DNA of 64,000 nucleotides from an uncultured Gemmatimonadales bacterium (GTDB lineage Bacteria; Gemmatimonadota; Gemmatimonadetes; Gemmatimonadales; GWC2-71-9), in the NCBI GenBank assembly GCA_963728915.1, contig CAVSLV010000004.1:160001-224000 (forward strand). Direction: 5' to 3'. Of the stretch, positions 40,105 to 49,681 are shown piece by piece; positions within the stretch are counted from its first letter, which is position 1; each line of letters starts with the position of its first letter. Made by a program: the position numbers and the translations under genes. A model generated the notes under the pieces. The model worked only from the letters and a program-made list of their open reading frames with translations. It searched no databases and was not told where the DNA came from.

Positions 40105-40740
40105 ATGCGTCCCGCCGTGGTCCATCTCGACGAGAGCTGTCTCGGCAACGGCCGGGAGGCCCCGTCCCCCGGCGGGACGGCCGGGTTAATCGAGGTGCGA
40201 GCCGGTGGAGCCGTCGAGCGGCGTGACTTTTTTGTGCACGCTTCCGACACCACCAACAACAAGATGGCGCTGGCCGGGGCCATCGGGGTCCTGCAGCTGC
40301 TCTCCCGCAAGAAGGTGCGCCTCACCCTCCTGATCGTGTCGGATTCCGAATATCTGGTCCGCGGTGTCCGGGAATGGATGCCGGGCTGGCGGGCCCGGGG
40401 CTGGAAGCGGAAGACCGGAGAAGTCGAGAATCTCGACCTCTGGCGGGCCCTCGAATACTCCCTGACCCTCCATGAGGTCCAGTTCGGATGGGTCCGGGGC
40501 CACAATGGCCATCCCAAGAACGAGTACGCCAACGACCTTGCCGTTCGCGCGGCAAAAGAACAGGAAACCTCGGACGGTGTTGTGCCGTCCGGGTTCGATC
40601 CCTGGCTGGTCGAGCGTCGCGCGGCGGGACTCTATCTCGACTATGATCCGGACGGCGCGTTCGCGATGCTGGAGGGTCGCCTCCGCGCCGGGGAACGATT
40701 CCCCCTCGACCTCGATACGCTCACCCCCCGGGGAGGATGA
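40105..40740 (+). CDS. rnhA: Ribonuclease HI family protein, atypical active site
   Basis: DESCLGN, TTNNKMAL, SDSEYLV, WRARGWK, NLDLW, WVRGHNGHPKNE. Confidence 0.8.
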   Translation: MRPAVVHLDESCLGNGREAPSPGGTAGLIEVRAGGAVERRDFFVHASDTTNNKMALAGAIGVLQLLSRKKVRLTLLIVSDSEYLVRGVREWMPGWRARGWKRKTGEVENLDLWRALEYSLTLHEVQFGWVRGHNGHPKNEYANDLAVRAAKEQETSDGVVPSGFDPWLVERRAAGLYLDYDPDGAFAMLEGRLRAGERFPLDLDTLTPRGG

Positions 40741-40743
40741 GGC

Positions 40744-41385
40744 ATGGATGAGCTGACTCGGTTCGCGCGCACCCTGGTGGAACGACTCGGGACCAAGGCG
40801 GACAACGGGCCGGTCTCGGTCCGCGCCATCCGGAAGGAAATCCTTCCCTACCGGGCCGAACGGCGGAATCTGGGACTCTCCAGCGTGGAGGACTACGAAA
40901 CCGTGTTGCTTCGCCTGGTCGCCGAGGAGCGGGGATTCGTGCGGACCGCCCCTCCCGACTCGGCCCAGCGCTGCCGGGAGCTCCTGGCGCATCCTAACCC
41001 GGATCTCGGCGTGCTCGAGGAGCTCGGGGATTCCACGATCCAGTTTACCTCACTGGCCGCCGCGCCGGTGTTCGAGCAAACGGACCGGCGGACCGGCGGC
41101 CCGTCGGAAAGCACCGACGCAGGCAGTCCGCCCATCCGCCCATCCGCCCGTCCGCCTGCAGCCGCCCGTCCGCCTGCAGCGGTCCGCCCATCCGCCGGTC
41201 CGCCTCAAGCCTGCCGCCACTGCAACGAATCGGTCCCCACTGAGCGGGTCGCGGTCTTCTGCCCCTGGTGCGGCGAGCGGCTGATCCCGCTCACCTGTGA
41301 ACGCTGCGGCTCGGAGTTCGACTCCGGATGGCGACATTGCATCACCTGCGGTGCGCCGGTCGCCGATCCCTATCGCACGAGTTGA
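40744..41385 (+). CDS. Hypothetical protein with C-terminal double zinc ribbon
   Basis: CRHC, CPWCG, CERCG, CITCG; low-complexity linker. Confidence 0.75.
   Translation: MDELTRFARTLVERLGTKADNGPVSVRAIRKEILPYRAERRNLGLSSVEDYETVLLRLVAEERGFVRTAPPDSAQRCRELLAHPNPDLGVLEELGDSTIQFTSLAAAPVFEQTDRRTGGPSESTDAGSPPIRPSARPPAAARPPAAVRPSAGPPQACRHCNESVPTERVAVFCPWCGERLIPLTCERCGSEFDSGWRHCITCGAPVADPYRTS
41087..41204. repeat. Inverted-repeat-bounded 8-mer repeat tract inside a CDS
   Basis: GGCGGACCGGCGG (41087-41099) and its reverse complement (41192-41204) enclose CCGCCCAT/CCGCCCGT/CCGCCTGC units. Confidence 0.6.
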
Positions 41386-41386
41386 G

Positions 41387-42586
41387 ATGGCGGATCGTCC
41401 CGAGGTCGTATTTCTCTCCGGGGTCCGAACCGGGTTCGGGAGCTTCGGCGGGGCGCTGAAGGATCTTTCGGCCACCGATCTCGCCACCGCGGCAGGTCAG
41501 GCGGCGATCGAGCGCGCCGGCGTCGCTGCTGCTTTGATCGATCACGTGATCGTCGGCAATGCGATGCAGACTTCAGCCGACAGCGCCTACCTGGCCCGTC
41601 ACGTCGGTCTCCGGGTCGGGTGCCCCATCGAAACTCCGGCGGTCACCGTGAACCGGCTCTGCGGCTCGGGGTTCGAAGCGATCGTGCAGGCGGCTCACCG
41701 GATCCTGCTCGGGGAATCCCGCGTGGTGCTGGCCGCGGGGACCGAATCCATGAGCCAGGCGCCCTATGTGCTCCGTGGTGTCCGATGGGGCACCCGGCTC
41801 GGCAGCCCGCCCGTCGTCGAAGACCTGCTCTGGCAGGGGCTCACCGACCGGCAGTGCGGCTGCTCGATGGGAATCACCGCCGAGAACCTCGCTGCCCGCT
41901 ACGGCATAACCCGCGACGAAGCGGACCGGTACGCCCTGCGGAGCCAGCAGGGCGCCCGGGCCGCGTGGGAGCAGGGCTGGTTCCGGGACGAGCTCTGTCC
42001 CGTGCCAGTCAAGGATCGGAAATCGGGGGCGCTGGTTCCCTGGATGGCCGACGAACACATGCGCCCCCAGACCACCCTGGAAGCTCTCGCCAAGCTGCCT
42101 CCCGTGTTCAAGCCCGACGGGGTCGTCACCGCGGGGAATGCGTCCGGCATCGGCGACGGAGCGGGCGCCTGCATCGTGACGTCTCGCGAGGTCGCCAACC
42201 AGCTGGGCCGGAAGCCGCTCGGCCGGGTGGTGGCGTGGGGGGTAGCGGGGGTCGACCCGACCATCATGGGCATTGGCCCGGCCCCGGCGATCCGGCAGGC
42301 CTTGGAGCGCGCCGGGCTGAGCCTCGATCGAATGGACCGGGTCGAAGTGAACGAGGCCTTTGCCGCGCAGTATCTCGCGGTCGAGCGGGAGCTCGGACTC
42401 GATCTCTCGCGCACCAACGTCGAGGGAGGTGGTGTCGCGCTGGGCCATCCCCTCGGCGCGAGCGGAGCCCGCATCACCGTTCACCTGCTGCACACCCTCC
42501 GGCGAATCGGCAAGCGATTCGGCCTGGGGTCGGCGTGTATCGGCGGGGGGCAGGGCATCGCGGTCATCGTGGAAGCCTTTCCATGA
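41387..42586 (+). CDS. Acetyl-CoA C-acyltransferase (thiolase)
   Basis: VNRLCGSG, TAGNASGIGDGA, NEAFAAQ, GHPLGASG, CIGGGQG. Confidence 0.95.
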   Translation: MADRPEVVFLSGVRTGFGSFGGALKDLSATDLATAAGQAAIERAGVAAALIDHVIVGNAMQTSADSAYLARHVGLRVGCPIETPAVTVNRLCGSGFEAIVQAAHRILLGESRVVLAAGTESMSQAPYVLRGVRWGTRLGSPPVVEDLLWQGLTDRQCGCSMGITAENLAARYGITRDEADRYALRSQQGARAAWEQGWFRDELCPVPVKDRKSGALVPWMADEHMRPQTTLEALAKLPPVFKPDGVVTAGNASGIGDGAGACIVTSREVANQLGRKPLGRVVAWGVAGVDPTIMGIGPAPAIRQALERAGLSLDRMDRVEVNEAFAAQYLAVERELGLDLSRTNVEGGGVALGHPLGASGARITVHLLHTLRRIGKRFGLGSACIGGGQGIAVIVEAFP

Positions 42587-43431
42587 GCGACGCCCCCGGC
42601 AACCGGATCGATCGGGCCGCGCTGGAGCGCATCATGCAGCGCGCCGCCGAGCTCCAGGCCGCCGAGGCCGATGTGGGTGAAGGGCTCACCCCGGAAGAGG
42701 TCCTCGCCCTGGGCCGTGAAGTCGGCATCCCGGGGCGTCATCTGCAGCAGGCCATGCTCGAGCAGGCCACCGAGATCGTCGCCCCGGCCCAGGCCGGAAT
42801 CGTCGGACGTGTGGTGGGCCCGAGCGAGATCACCGCGCACCGCGTCGTCGTCGGGGATCCCGAGGATGCGGCGCGAGCCCTCATCCAGTGGTTCGACGCC
42901 AACGAGCTCCTGGTCGTGCTACGTCAGCAACAGGGCCGGGTCACCTTCGAGCCCATGGGGGGAATGCAAGCGGCCCTCCGTCGCGGGACCGCGGCGTTCA
43001 GCAGCGGCAAACCGAAGTTCATGCTGGCCCGCGCCACCCTGGTGACGGCCACCTTTGCCCGTCTGGAATCGGGCTACTGCCACATCAGCCTCACCGCCGA
43101 TCTCTCGAAGGCGCGCGGTGCATTCATCGGCGGCGCCTTCGCCGGAGGCTCGCTGGGAGTGGCAGGCGCCCTGGTTGCCGGAGTGCTGACCCCGTTCGCG
43201 CTGCTCGCCGCGGTTCCCGTGCTCGTGGGGGGCGCCGTCGGCTGGTACGTCCTCAAGCGATACCTGCCGCTCGCCGAGCGGGCTCGGCTGGGTCTCGAGC
43301 GGGCGCTCGATTACCTGGAGCGGGGCGGCATCAAGCCCGGCCACCAGATTCCGCCAAGGACGGGAGGGTTGTTGGAGGTGATCGCGGGAGAGGTACGCAA
43401 AGCGCTGGTGGGCAAGAACCGTGACCAGTAG
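42583..43431 (+). CDS. Hypothetical membrane protein
   Basis: ATGA overlap with the thiolase gene; RAAELQ...LGREVGIP N-terminus; two TM helices. Confidence 0.7.
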   Translation: MSDAPGNRIDRAALERIMQRAAELQAAEADVGEGLTPEEVLALGREVGIPGRHLQQAMLEQATEIVAPAQAGIVGRVVGPSEITAHRVVVGDPEDAARALIQWFDANELLVVLRQQQGRVTFEPMGGMQAALRRGTAAFSSGKPKFMLARATLVTATFARLESGYCHISLTADLSKARGAFIGGAFAGGSLGVAGALVAGVLTPFALLAAVPVLVGGAVGWYVLKRYLPLAERARLGLERALDYLERGGIKPGHQIPPRTGGLLEVIAGEVRKALVGKNRDQ

Positions 43432-44005
43432 AGCTACCGCCGCCCTGCTGCTCGCGGCGCTTGGATGCAGAGCGACTACCCATCGGCCCTACTTCACCCC
43501 GATGCCGATGGCGACCACGGTCCAGGTCGAGCTGGAGATTCCCGAGGCAACCCGCGTCCTCGCGGAAGCCCTCGCGCGAGACAGCGTGTCTTTCCGCACC
43601 GTGCGTGAGGCGGACGGCTTTCTGGATTCCGGCTGGATCGACTCGAAGACCCTGGAACCGACCCACGCGCGGCCCCTCGGCGCTGACGTGGTCCGGGTCA
43701 GGGCCTGGGTCAACCCCGATCGCGAATTCTGGAGCGAGCTGGTGGTGGAAGCGACCTATCGTCCCATCGCGGATCCGTCGCGGCCGGAGCGCGAGCTCGA
43801 GGTTCCTCTTCCGGAGGACCATCTGTTGCAGCGGAAGATCGCTGATGTGCTCCGGACCCTGGTCGAACGCTACGGCGACGTCGAGTCTCTCAAGGCGCTC
43901 ACCCCCCCGGCTCCGGTGCGACCCGACAGCGCCAGGAAAGACAGCACTCGAACCCGGCCCGACACGATTCCGGCCCGGCCCAAACCGGACACCTCACGCG
44001 CCTGA
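43421..44005 (+). CDS. Hypothetical lipoprotein
   Basis: Lipobox ALGC; operonic position. Confidence 0.65.
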   Translation: MTSRATAALLLAALGCRATTHRPYFTPMPMATTVQVELEIPEATRVLAEALARDSVSFRTVREADGFLDSGWIDSKTLEPTHARPLGADVVRVRAWVNPDREFWSELVVEATYRPIADPSRPERELEVPLPEDHLLQRKIADVLRTLVERYGDVESLKALTPPAPVRPDSARKDSTRTRPDTIPARPKPDTSRA

Positions 44006-44015
44006 CCCGCGCACC

Positions 44016-45638
44016 GTGGTGGCTCCCTCTCCGTTCCCCGCTTCCTTTTCCGGTGAGTTTCGCATCGATGCCCAGGCGCGGGCGGCGTACTCCGAGGGAG
44101 CCGGCATCTTCCGAATCATTCCGAAAGGGGTGGCCGTACCATCGACCACCGTTTCGCTTCAGGAATTGATCCGCTGGGCCGGCGCCAACCGGGTGCCCCT
44201 CGTCCCGAGGGGCGCGGGAAGCGGAATGGGAGGAGGCAACGTGGGGAATGGAGTCGTCGTGGACCTCTCGGTGCTCGACGGTTGCCCTCTCCGCATCGAT
44301 CCTGAAGCCCGCACCGCTCGGGTCGGGGCCGGCGTCACCCTCCGGGATCTCCAGACCGAGGCCGCCCGGTTCGGGCTCCGCTTTCCTCCCGACCCATCGA
44401 GCGCCCGATTTGCCACCCTCGGCGGGCTGGCCTCCACCAATGCGGCAGGCCCCGCCACGGTTCGGCACGGGAGCGTGCGTCGCTGGATCGAAGCCCTGGA
44501 TCTCGTCACCGTAGAAGGTGAGATCCTGGCCCTGAAGCGCGGAATTCCCCTGGCCAGCGTCGCGGCGACCGAACGATTCACACGGGATGCCGAACCGGCT
44601 CTGCGGGCTGCGCGAGACCTCGTTTCGAGGATGTATCCAGCGACCCGCAAGAATTCCTCGGGATACGCCATTGATGCCTTTCTCGCCTCCGGCGAGTTGG
44701 TCGATCTGATCGTCGGGAGTGAGGGAACCCTCGGCCTGATCACCGGCATCGAATGTCGCCTCGCCCCGCTTCTCTCGTTCCGGGCAGGGGTCCGTGCCGG
44801 AGTCCGCGACCTTCGGAGGACGGCCCAGCATATCCCCAGCTTGCTCGAGCTGGAGCCGTCGGTCTTCGAGTTCCTCGATCGCACCTTGCTGCGCCTCCTG
44901 GAGGGCTCGGGGAATGCCATCGATCCGGGCTGGGAGGGTTTGTTGCTGATCGAGTTCGAGGGCGATGACCGCGCGGAAGTTCTGGACCGGATGGACCGGA
45001 CAGCCCTGCTGTTGAGTCCCGACGTCGAGGATCTCCGCCGCGCGGAGGGGTCACGGGGCCTCGAGGAGCTCTGGGAGATTCGGCATGCCGCGAGCCCTCT
45101 GCTGGCCTCCCTCGGAGATAGCCTGCGCTCCCTTCAGGTGATCGAAGATGCCTGTGTGCCGGTCGATCGGGTTCCCGACTACGTCACCGCGGTCCGCGAA
45201 GCCGGAGAGCGACATGGAGTGCGTCTCGTCATCTTCGGGCATCTGGGTGACGGGAACGTTCACGTGAACCTCCAGCCCGACGTCTCCGTCCCGGGGTGGG
45301 AAGGAGGAGTCGAGCGTATCCTCGAGGAGGTGACCGCGGCGGTGATTCGGCTGGGCGGAACCATGAGCGGGGAACACGGGGATGGCCGTTTGCGCGCCCC
45401 GTTGCTCGACCGTGTCTATGGCGTCGAGATACTCGATCTGTTCCGGCTGGTGAAACGCGCTTTCGATCCCACGGGGATTCTCAATCCGGGGGTGAAGCTC
45501 GCGCTCGGGGGACAGCGACCCCTCGATGGCCTCAAGGTGGGAGCCGGCGCCGTGCCGATCCCGGCCGGGATCGAGCGGGAGCTTCGGACGATCGAGCGGA
45601 CTGGAGGATATTCGCTGAGTAGATTGGAGATCGCATGA
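44016..45638 (+). CDS. FAD-binding oxidoreductase (GlcD/D-lactate dehydrogenase family)
   Basis: [46 protein letters not shown]; start approximate. Confidence 0.85.
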   Translation: MVAPSPFPASFSGEFRIDAQARAAYSEGAGIFRIIPKGVAVPSTTVSLQELIRWAGANRVPLVPRGAGSGMGGGNVGNGVVVDLSVLDGCPLRIDPEARTARVGAGVTLRDLQTEAARFGLRFPPDPSSARFATLGGLASTNAAGPATVRHGSVRRWIEALDLVTVEGEILALKRGIPLASVAATERFTRDAEPALRAARDLVSRMYPATRKNSSGYAIDAFLASGELVDLIVGSEGTLGLITGIECRLAPLLSFRAGVRAGVRDLRRTAQHIPSLLELEPSVFEFLDRTLLRLLEGSGNAIDPGWEGLLLIEFEGDDRAEVLDRMDRTALLLSPDVEDLRRAEGSRGLEELWEIRHAASPLLASLGDSLRSLQVIEDACVPVDRVPDYVTAVREAGERHGVRLVIFGHLGDGNVHVNLQPDVSVPGWEGGVERILEEVTAAVIRLGGTMSGEHGDGRLRAPLLDRVYGVEILDLFRLVKRAFDPTGILNPGVKLALGGQRPLDGLKVGAGAVPIPAGIERELRTIERTGGYSLSRLEIA

Positions 45639-46429
45639 AACCATATCTCGATCTCCTCGCCCACGTGCTCCATCAGGGTCGGCCCAAAGCGGACCGGACC
45701 GGCACCGGTACGCTGAGCGTATTCGGATGGCAGATGCGATTCGATCTTGCCGAGGGCTTTCCTCTCACCACCACCAAACGCGTCCACTTCAAATCCATTG
45801 TGCAGGAGCTGCTCTGGTTTCTTCGGGGAGAGACCACCACCCAATCCCTCAAGGCTGCAGGAGTTTCAATCTGGGACGAATGGGCCGGCCCGGAGGGGGA
45901 TCTCGGTCCTATATATGGATACCAGTGGCGCTCCTGGCCCGCCCCTGACGGACGGCGGATCGACCAGATCGCCAATGTCATCCGGGAAATCCGGGGCAAT
46001 CCGGACTCGCGCCGTCTCGTGGTCAGCGCCTGGAACGTCGCCGATCTCCCCGCCATGGCCCTTCAGCCCTGCCATGTGCTTTTTCAGTTCTACGTGGTGG
46101 ACGGCCGGCTTTCGTGTCAGCTCTATCAGCGAAGCGGCGACGTCTTCCTCGGCGTGCCCTTCAACATCGCGTCCTACGCCCTTCTGACCGCGATGGTCGC
46201 CCAGGTCACCGGTCTCGTTCCCGGCGAGCTCATCCATACCTTTGGAGATGTCCACCTCTATCGGAATCATCTCGACCAGGCCCGCGAGCAGCTGACCCGC
46301 GAGCCCAGGCCGTTGCCCACTCTCCGACTCGATCCCAGGGTAGCGGAAATCGACGACTTCCGGTTCGAGCACGTCACCCTGGAAGCCTACGATCCTCACC
46401 CCGCGATTCGGGCCCCGGTGGCGGTGTGA
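45635..46429 (+). CDS. thyA: Thymidylate synthase
   Basis: [40 protein letters not shown]. Confidence 0.98.
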   Translation: MKPYLDLLAHVLHQGRPKADRTGTGTLSVFGWQMRFDLAEGFPLTTTKRVHFKSIVQELLWFLRGETTTQSLKAAGVSIWDEWAGPEGDLGPIYGYQWRSWPAPDGRRIDQIANVIREIRGNPDSRRLVVSAWNVADLPAMALQPCHVLFQFYVVDGRLSCQLYQRSGDVFLGVPFNIASYALLTAMVAQVTGLVPGELIHTFGDVHLYRNHLDQAREQLTREPRPLPTLRLDPRVAEIDDFRFEHVTLEAYDPHPAIRAPVAV

Positions 46430-46917
46430 TCGTTTCGCTGGTTCTCGCGATGGCCGAGAACCGGGTCATCGGGAGGGGAGGGAAGTTGCCCTGGCGCCTC
46501 CCCGATGATCTCCAGCGGTTCAAGAAGATCACGCTCGACCACACCGTGATCATGGGGCGAAAGACCTTCCAGGAGATCAAGCACCCCCTCGCCAATCGCC
46601 GTAACGTCGTCATCTCCCGGGACCCGGATTTCCAGGCGCGGGGGACTACCGTGGTGCCCAGCCTCGAGGAGGCGCTGGCCCTGGGCGCCACCGAGAAAGA
46701 GGTCTTCGTCATCGGCGGCGGGGAGATCTTCCGCCTGGCCCTGCCGCTCGCCGACCGTCTTTACCTCACCGTCGTCCACGCCGAAGTCCCCGGCGACACC
46801 TTCTTCCCCCCGCTCGACCAGGCCGCGTGGGCGCTCGAGGAGGAGGAGCATCATCCGGCCGATGCGCGACACCAGTTTGCATTCTCTTTCCGGCGATATC
46901 GGCGGATTCGGACCTGA
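46426..46917 (+). CDS. folA: Dihydrofolate reductase
   Basis: [38 protein letters not shown] overlap with thyA. Confidence 0.97.
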   Translation: MIVSLVLAMAENRVIGRGGKLPWRLPDDLQRFKKITLDHTVIMGRKTFQEIKHPLANRRNVVISRDPDFQARGTTVVPSLEEALALGATEKEVFVIGGGEIFRLALPLADRLYLTVVHAEVPGDTFFPPLDQAAWALEEEEHHPADARHQFAFSFRRYRRIRT

Positions 46918-47026
46918 AACCCATTGTGCGGTCCGGATTTTTTCCTTAGCTTATGAAGTAGCTGTGAGTTCCGAGCTTTGCCCCTCGTTGCCTTGCACCT
47001 CGGAGCCACCTTTTCAAGGAGGTCAG

Positions 47027-48151
47027 TTGGCGGTTCGAATAGGATTCGCCTATAACCTCAAGCCTCCTGTCCCAGCGCCAAAAAAAGGGCGCGAGCCCGA
47101 TTCCCCCTCCGCCTCACTCGATCACGTCCCCGCCAATCGCGCGCTGCGTTCCGACCTCTCGCAGCCGGACCTGTATGCCGAGTGGGATGAGCCGGAAACG
47201 ATCGATGCGATCGCCAACGCCCTCGCGGGCCTGGGAGAAGTGATCCGCCTCGAGGCGACCTCGGATTTCCCGGCCCGGCTCCTCGACGCCCGTCCCGACT
47301 TCGTGTTCAACATTGCCGAGGGCCTCCACGGGGTGAATCGGGAGAGCCACGTCCCTTCCATCTGCGAGTTCCTCGGCGTCCCTTATCACGCCTCCGATCC
47401 CCTCGCCCTGGCCATGACGCTCCACAAGGGACGGGCCAAGGAGACCATGGCCTACCACGGTGTCCCGACCGCCCCCTTCGTGGTTGCCGGCACCCGGGCC
47501 GATGCCCGCAATGTGAACCTGCCGTTCCCCCTCTTTGCCAAGCCGGCCCTGGAGGGCTCGGGGAAGGGAATTACCGAAAAGTCCCTTTGCACCAGCCGAG
47601 CCCGGCTGGTCCAGCAGGTGGGCGAGCTGCTCGACACCTACCAGGAGCCCGTGCTGATCGAGAGCTGGCTGCCGGGGCAGGAATTCACCGTCGCGATCCT
47701 CGGCAATGGCAAGGAGGCCAAATGTCTGCCGCTGGTCTCCATGCGGTGGGACGCGCTTCCCCTGGGAGCGCAGCCGATCTACGGCTATGAGGCCAAATGG
47801 CTCTGGGACACCCCTGATCACCCCCTCGACCTCTTCGAGTGTCCCGCCAAGATTTCCAAGGAGCTGGCCCGCGACATCCGCTCCGCCGCGCTGTGGGCGT
47901 ATCGAGCCCTGGGTTGCCGGGATTGGTGCCGGGTCGATGTCCGCTGTGATGCCGCCGGCAGACCCATGGTGGTCGAGCTCAATCCCCTGCCCGGGGTGCT
48001 GCCCAACCCTCAAGACAACTCCTGCTTCCCCAAGGCAGCCCGCGCCGCCGGGATGTCGTACGAAGAATTGATCCAGAGCGTCGCCGACGTCGCCTGGCGC
48101 CGGATCAGCGGCCGGAGTCTTGAGAAACGGCGCAAGCGGGTCGCGGCGTGA
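47027..48151 (+). CDS. D-Ala-D-Ala ligase-like ATP-grasp enzyme 1
   Basis: AGGAGG before TTG; FNIAEG, KPALEGSGKGI, YEAKW, RVD, ELNPLPG; lacks the GGxSxE motif of true Ddl. Confidence 0.85.
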   Translation: MAVRIGFAYNLKPPVPAPKKGREPDSPSASLDHVPANRALRSDLSQPDLYAEWDEPETIDAIANALAGLGEVIRLEATSDFPARLLDARPDFVFNIAEGLHGVNRESHVPSICEFLGVPYHASDPLALAMTLHKGRAKETMAYHGVPTAPFVVAGTRADARNVNLPFPLFAKPALEGSGKGITEKSLCTSRARLVQQVGELLDTYQEPVLIESWLPGQEFTVAILGNGKEAKCLPLVSMRWDALPLGAQPIYGYEAKWLWDTPDHPLDLFECPAKISKELARDIRSAALWAYRALGCRDWCRVDVRCDAAGRPMVVELNPLPGVLPNPQDNSCFPKAARAAGMSYEELIQSVADVAWRRISGRSLEKRRKRVAA

Positions 48152-49155
48152 AGATCGGAATCCTGTTCGACGCAGGGAGCGCGGACTGGAACCAGCAGGA
48201 CGTGGCCGCGGTCATGGCCAACGTCAATGAAGTGCAGGCCGCGTTACGCGTGGCTGGTCACGAAGTCGTCCAGATCCCGGTTGAGCTGGCCGATGTCGCC
48301 TGGCTCCGGAAGGTCCAGCGTCAGGAGGCGATCTTCAATCTGTGCGAGGGCGTGAACGGATACGCCAAGTACGAGGACTTCGCCGTGGCAGCGCTCGAGC
48401 TCACCCGCATCCCCTTTACCGGCTGCGCGTCCTGGCCGGTAACCATTTGCCATCGCAAGCATATCGCCAATACGCTCCTGCTCTCCGCGGGCGTCCCGGT
48501 GCCCACCTTCATGCTCGCGAAGGGCATCACCCCCCCTGCCGGGCTTCGGTACCCCGTCATCGTGAAGCCCTCGGGGGAGGATGCCAGCGTGGGCATCGAC
48601 CTCGGCGCCGTATGCCAGACCCGAAAGGCCCTCCGCGACCGGCTGGCCCAGATGCTGGAGCAGTGGAATGACGTCCTCATCCAGGAGTACATCCCCGGCC
48701 GGGAAGTGAACGTCGGATTCATTGGCCGCGAGATGATGCCGGTCTCGGAGATCATTTTCACCAGGATGCCGCAAGGCGCCTGGCCGATCGTGACCTACGC
48801 CGGCAAGTGGAATCCCGAGAGTCCCGAATACGCCGGGTCCGAGCCGGTCTGTCCGGCGGACCTGTTTCCCGAGCTCGGCCGCCGGGTCGCCCAGGTCGCC
48901 AAGCAGGCCTGGGAAACGCTGGCCGGGTCCGAAGGCTATGGGCGGGTGGACCTTCGGGTGACCGACTCCGGTGAGGTGTTCGTGCTCGAGGTCAATCCCA
49001 ATCCGGACCTGTCGAGCGATGCCGGGTTCGCCCGGATGGCGGCGGCAAAGCACTGGGGGTATGCCGAGCTGGTTCAGCGAGTCCTGGACGAGGGGCTCCG
49101 TCGGTTCGACCGAGCCCGGGCTGCCGAAGCTCTCACCCAGAACGTTCCGGCGTGA
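48148..49155 (+). CDS. D-Ala-D-Ala ligase-like ATP-grasp enzyme 2
   Basis: FNLCEG, KPSGEDASVGI, QEYIPGRE, YAGKW, RVD, EVNPNP; GTGA overlap. Confidence 0.85.
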   Translation: MKIGILFDAGSADWNQQDVAAVMANVNEVQAALRVAGHEVVQIPVELADVAWLRKVQRQEAIFNLCEGVNGYAKYEDFAVAALELTRIPFTGCASWPVTICHRKHIANTLLLSAGVPVPTFMLAKGITPPAGLRYPVIVKPSGEDASVGIDLGAVCQTRKALRDRLAQMLEQWNDVLIQEYIPGREVNVGFIGREMMPVSEIIFTRMPQGAWPIVTYAGKWNPESPEYAGSEPVCPADLFPELGRRVAQVAKQAWETLAGSEGYGRVDLRVTDSGEVFVLEVNPNPDLSSDAGFARMAAAKHWGYAELVQRVLDEGLRRFDRARAAEALTQNVPA

Positions 49156-49676
49156 GTCGTTCGAATCTCCTGATCTCCCCGGTCATCCGGGCCCCAGCGA
49201 TTTCGGATCGCGAGACGGTGAAGGCCGTCACCGAGCGATCGGAAGGATTCCGTGCCGACGAAATCGCCGTCGCCATGGACGTCTTTGATGCCTCCCTCGG
49301 CATCGGGAGGCCAAGCGATCCCGACTACGAAATCGCGCTGGCAGAGCTGGATGGCGGGCTGGCCGGCTGGATCTGCTGGGGACCCACGCCATGTACCCGG
49401 GGAACCTTCGACCTCTATTGGATCGTGGTCGACCGGCTCTGGCAGGGGAAAGGGATCGGAACCGTTCTGATCGAGGAAATGGAGCGGCGGGTGTCGGACC
49501 GAGCCCGCCTCATCGTCGTCGAGACCGCGGGTCGGGATGACTACGAGGCGACCCGGAAGTTCTACCAGCACCGCGGGTACGAACAGGCATCGCGGATTGC
49601 CGACTACTACGCGTCTGGAGATGATCTCGTCGTGTACGTGAAAAGGTGCCGCTCACACCTCACACCCCGTACCTAA
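49152..49676 (+). CDS. GNAT family N-acetyltransferase
   Basis: QGKGIG acetyl-CoA motif A, FYQHRGY; GTGA overlap. Confidence 0.88.
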   Translation: MSRSNLLISPVIRAPAISDRETVKAVTERSEGFRADEIAVAMDVFDASLGIGRPSDPDYEIALAELDGGLAGWICWGPTPCTRGTFDLYWIVVDRLWQGKGIGTVLIEEMERRVSDRARLIVVETAGRDDYEATRKFYQHRGYEQASRIADYYASGDDLVVYVKRCRSHLTPRT

Positions 49677-49681
49677 CGCCT

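Noticed and set aside
47027..49155. van-type glycopeptide resistance or housekeeping ddl genes
   Set aside because: The GGxSxE motif is missing, there is no vanH/vanX or mur/fts context, and the genes are linked to kamA and a GNAT instead
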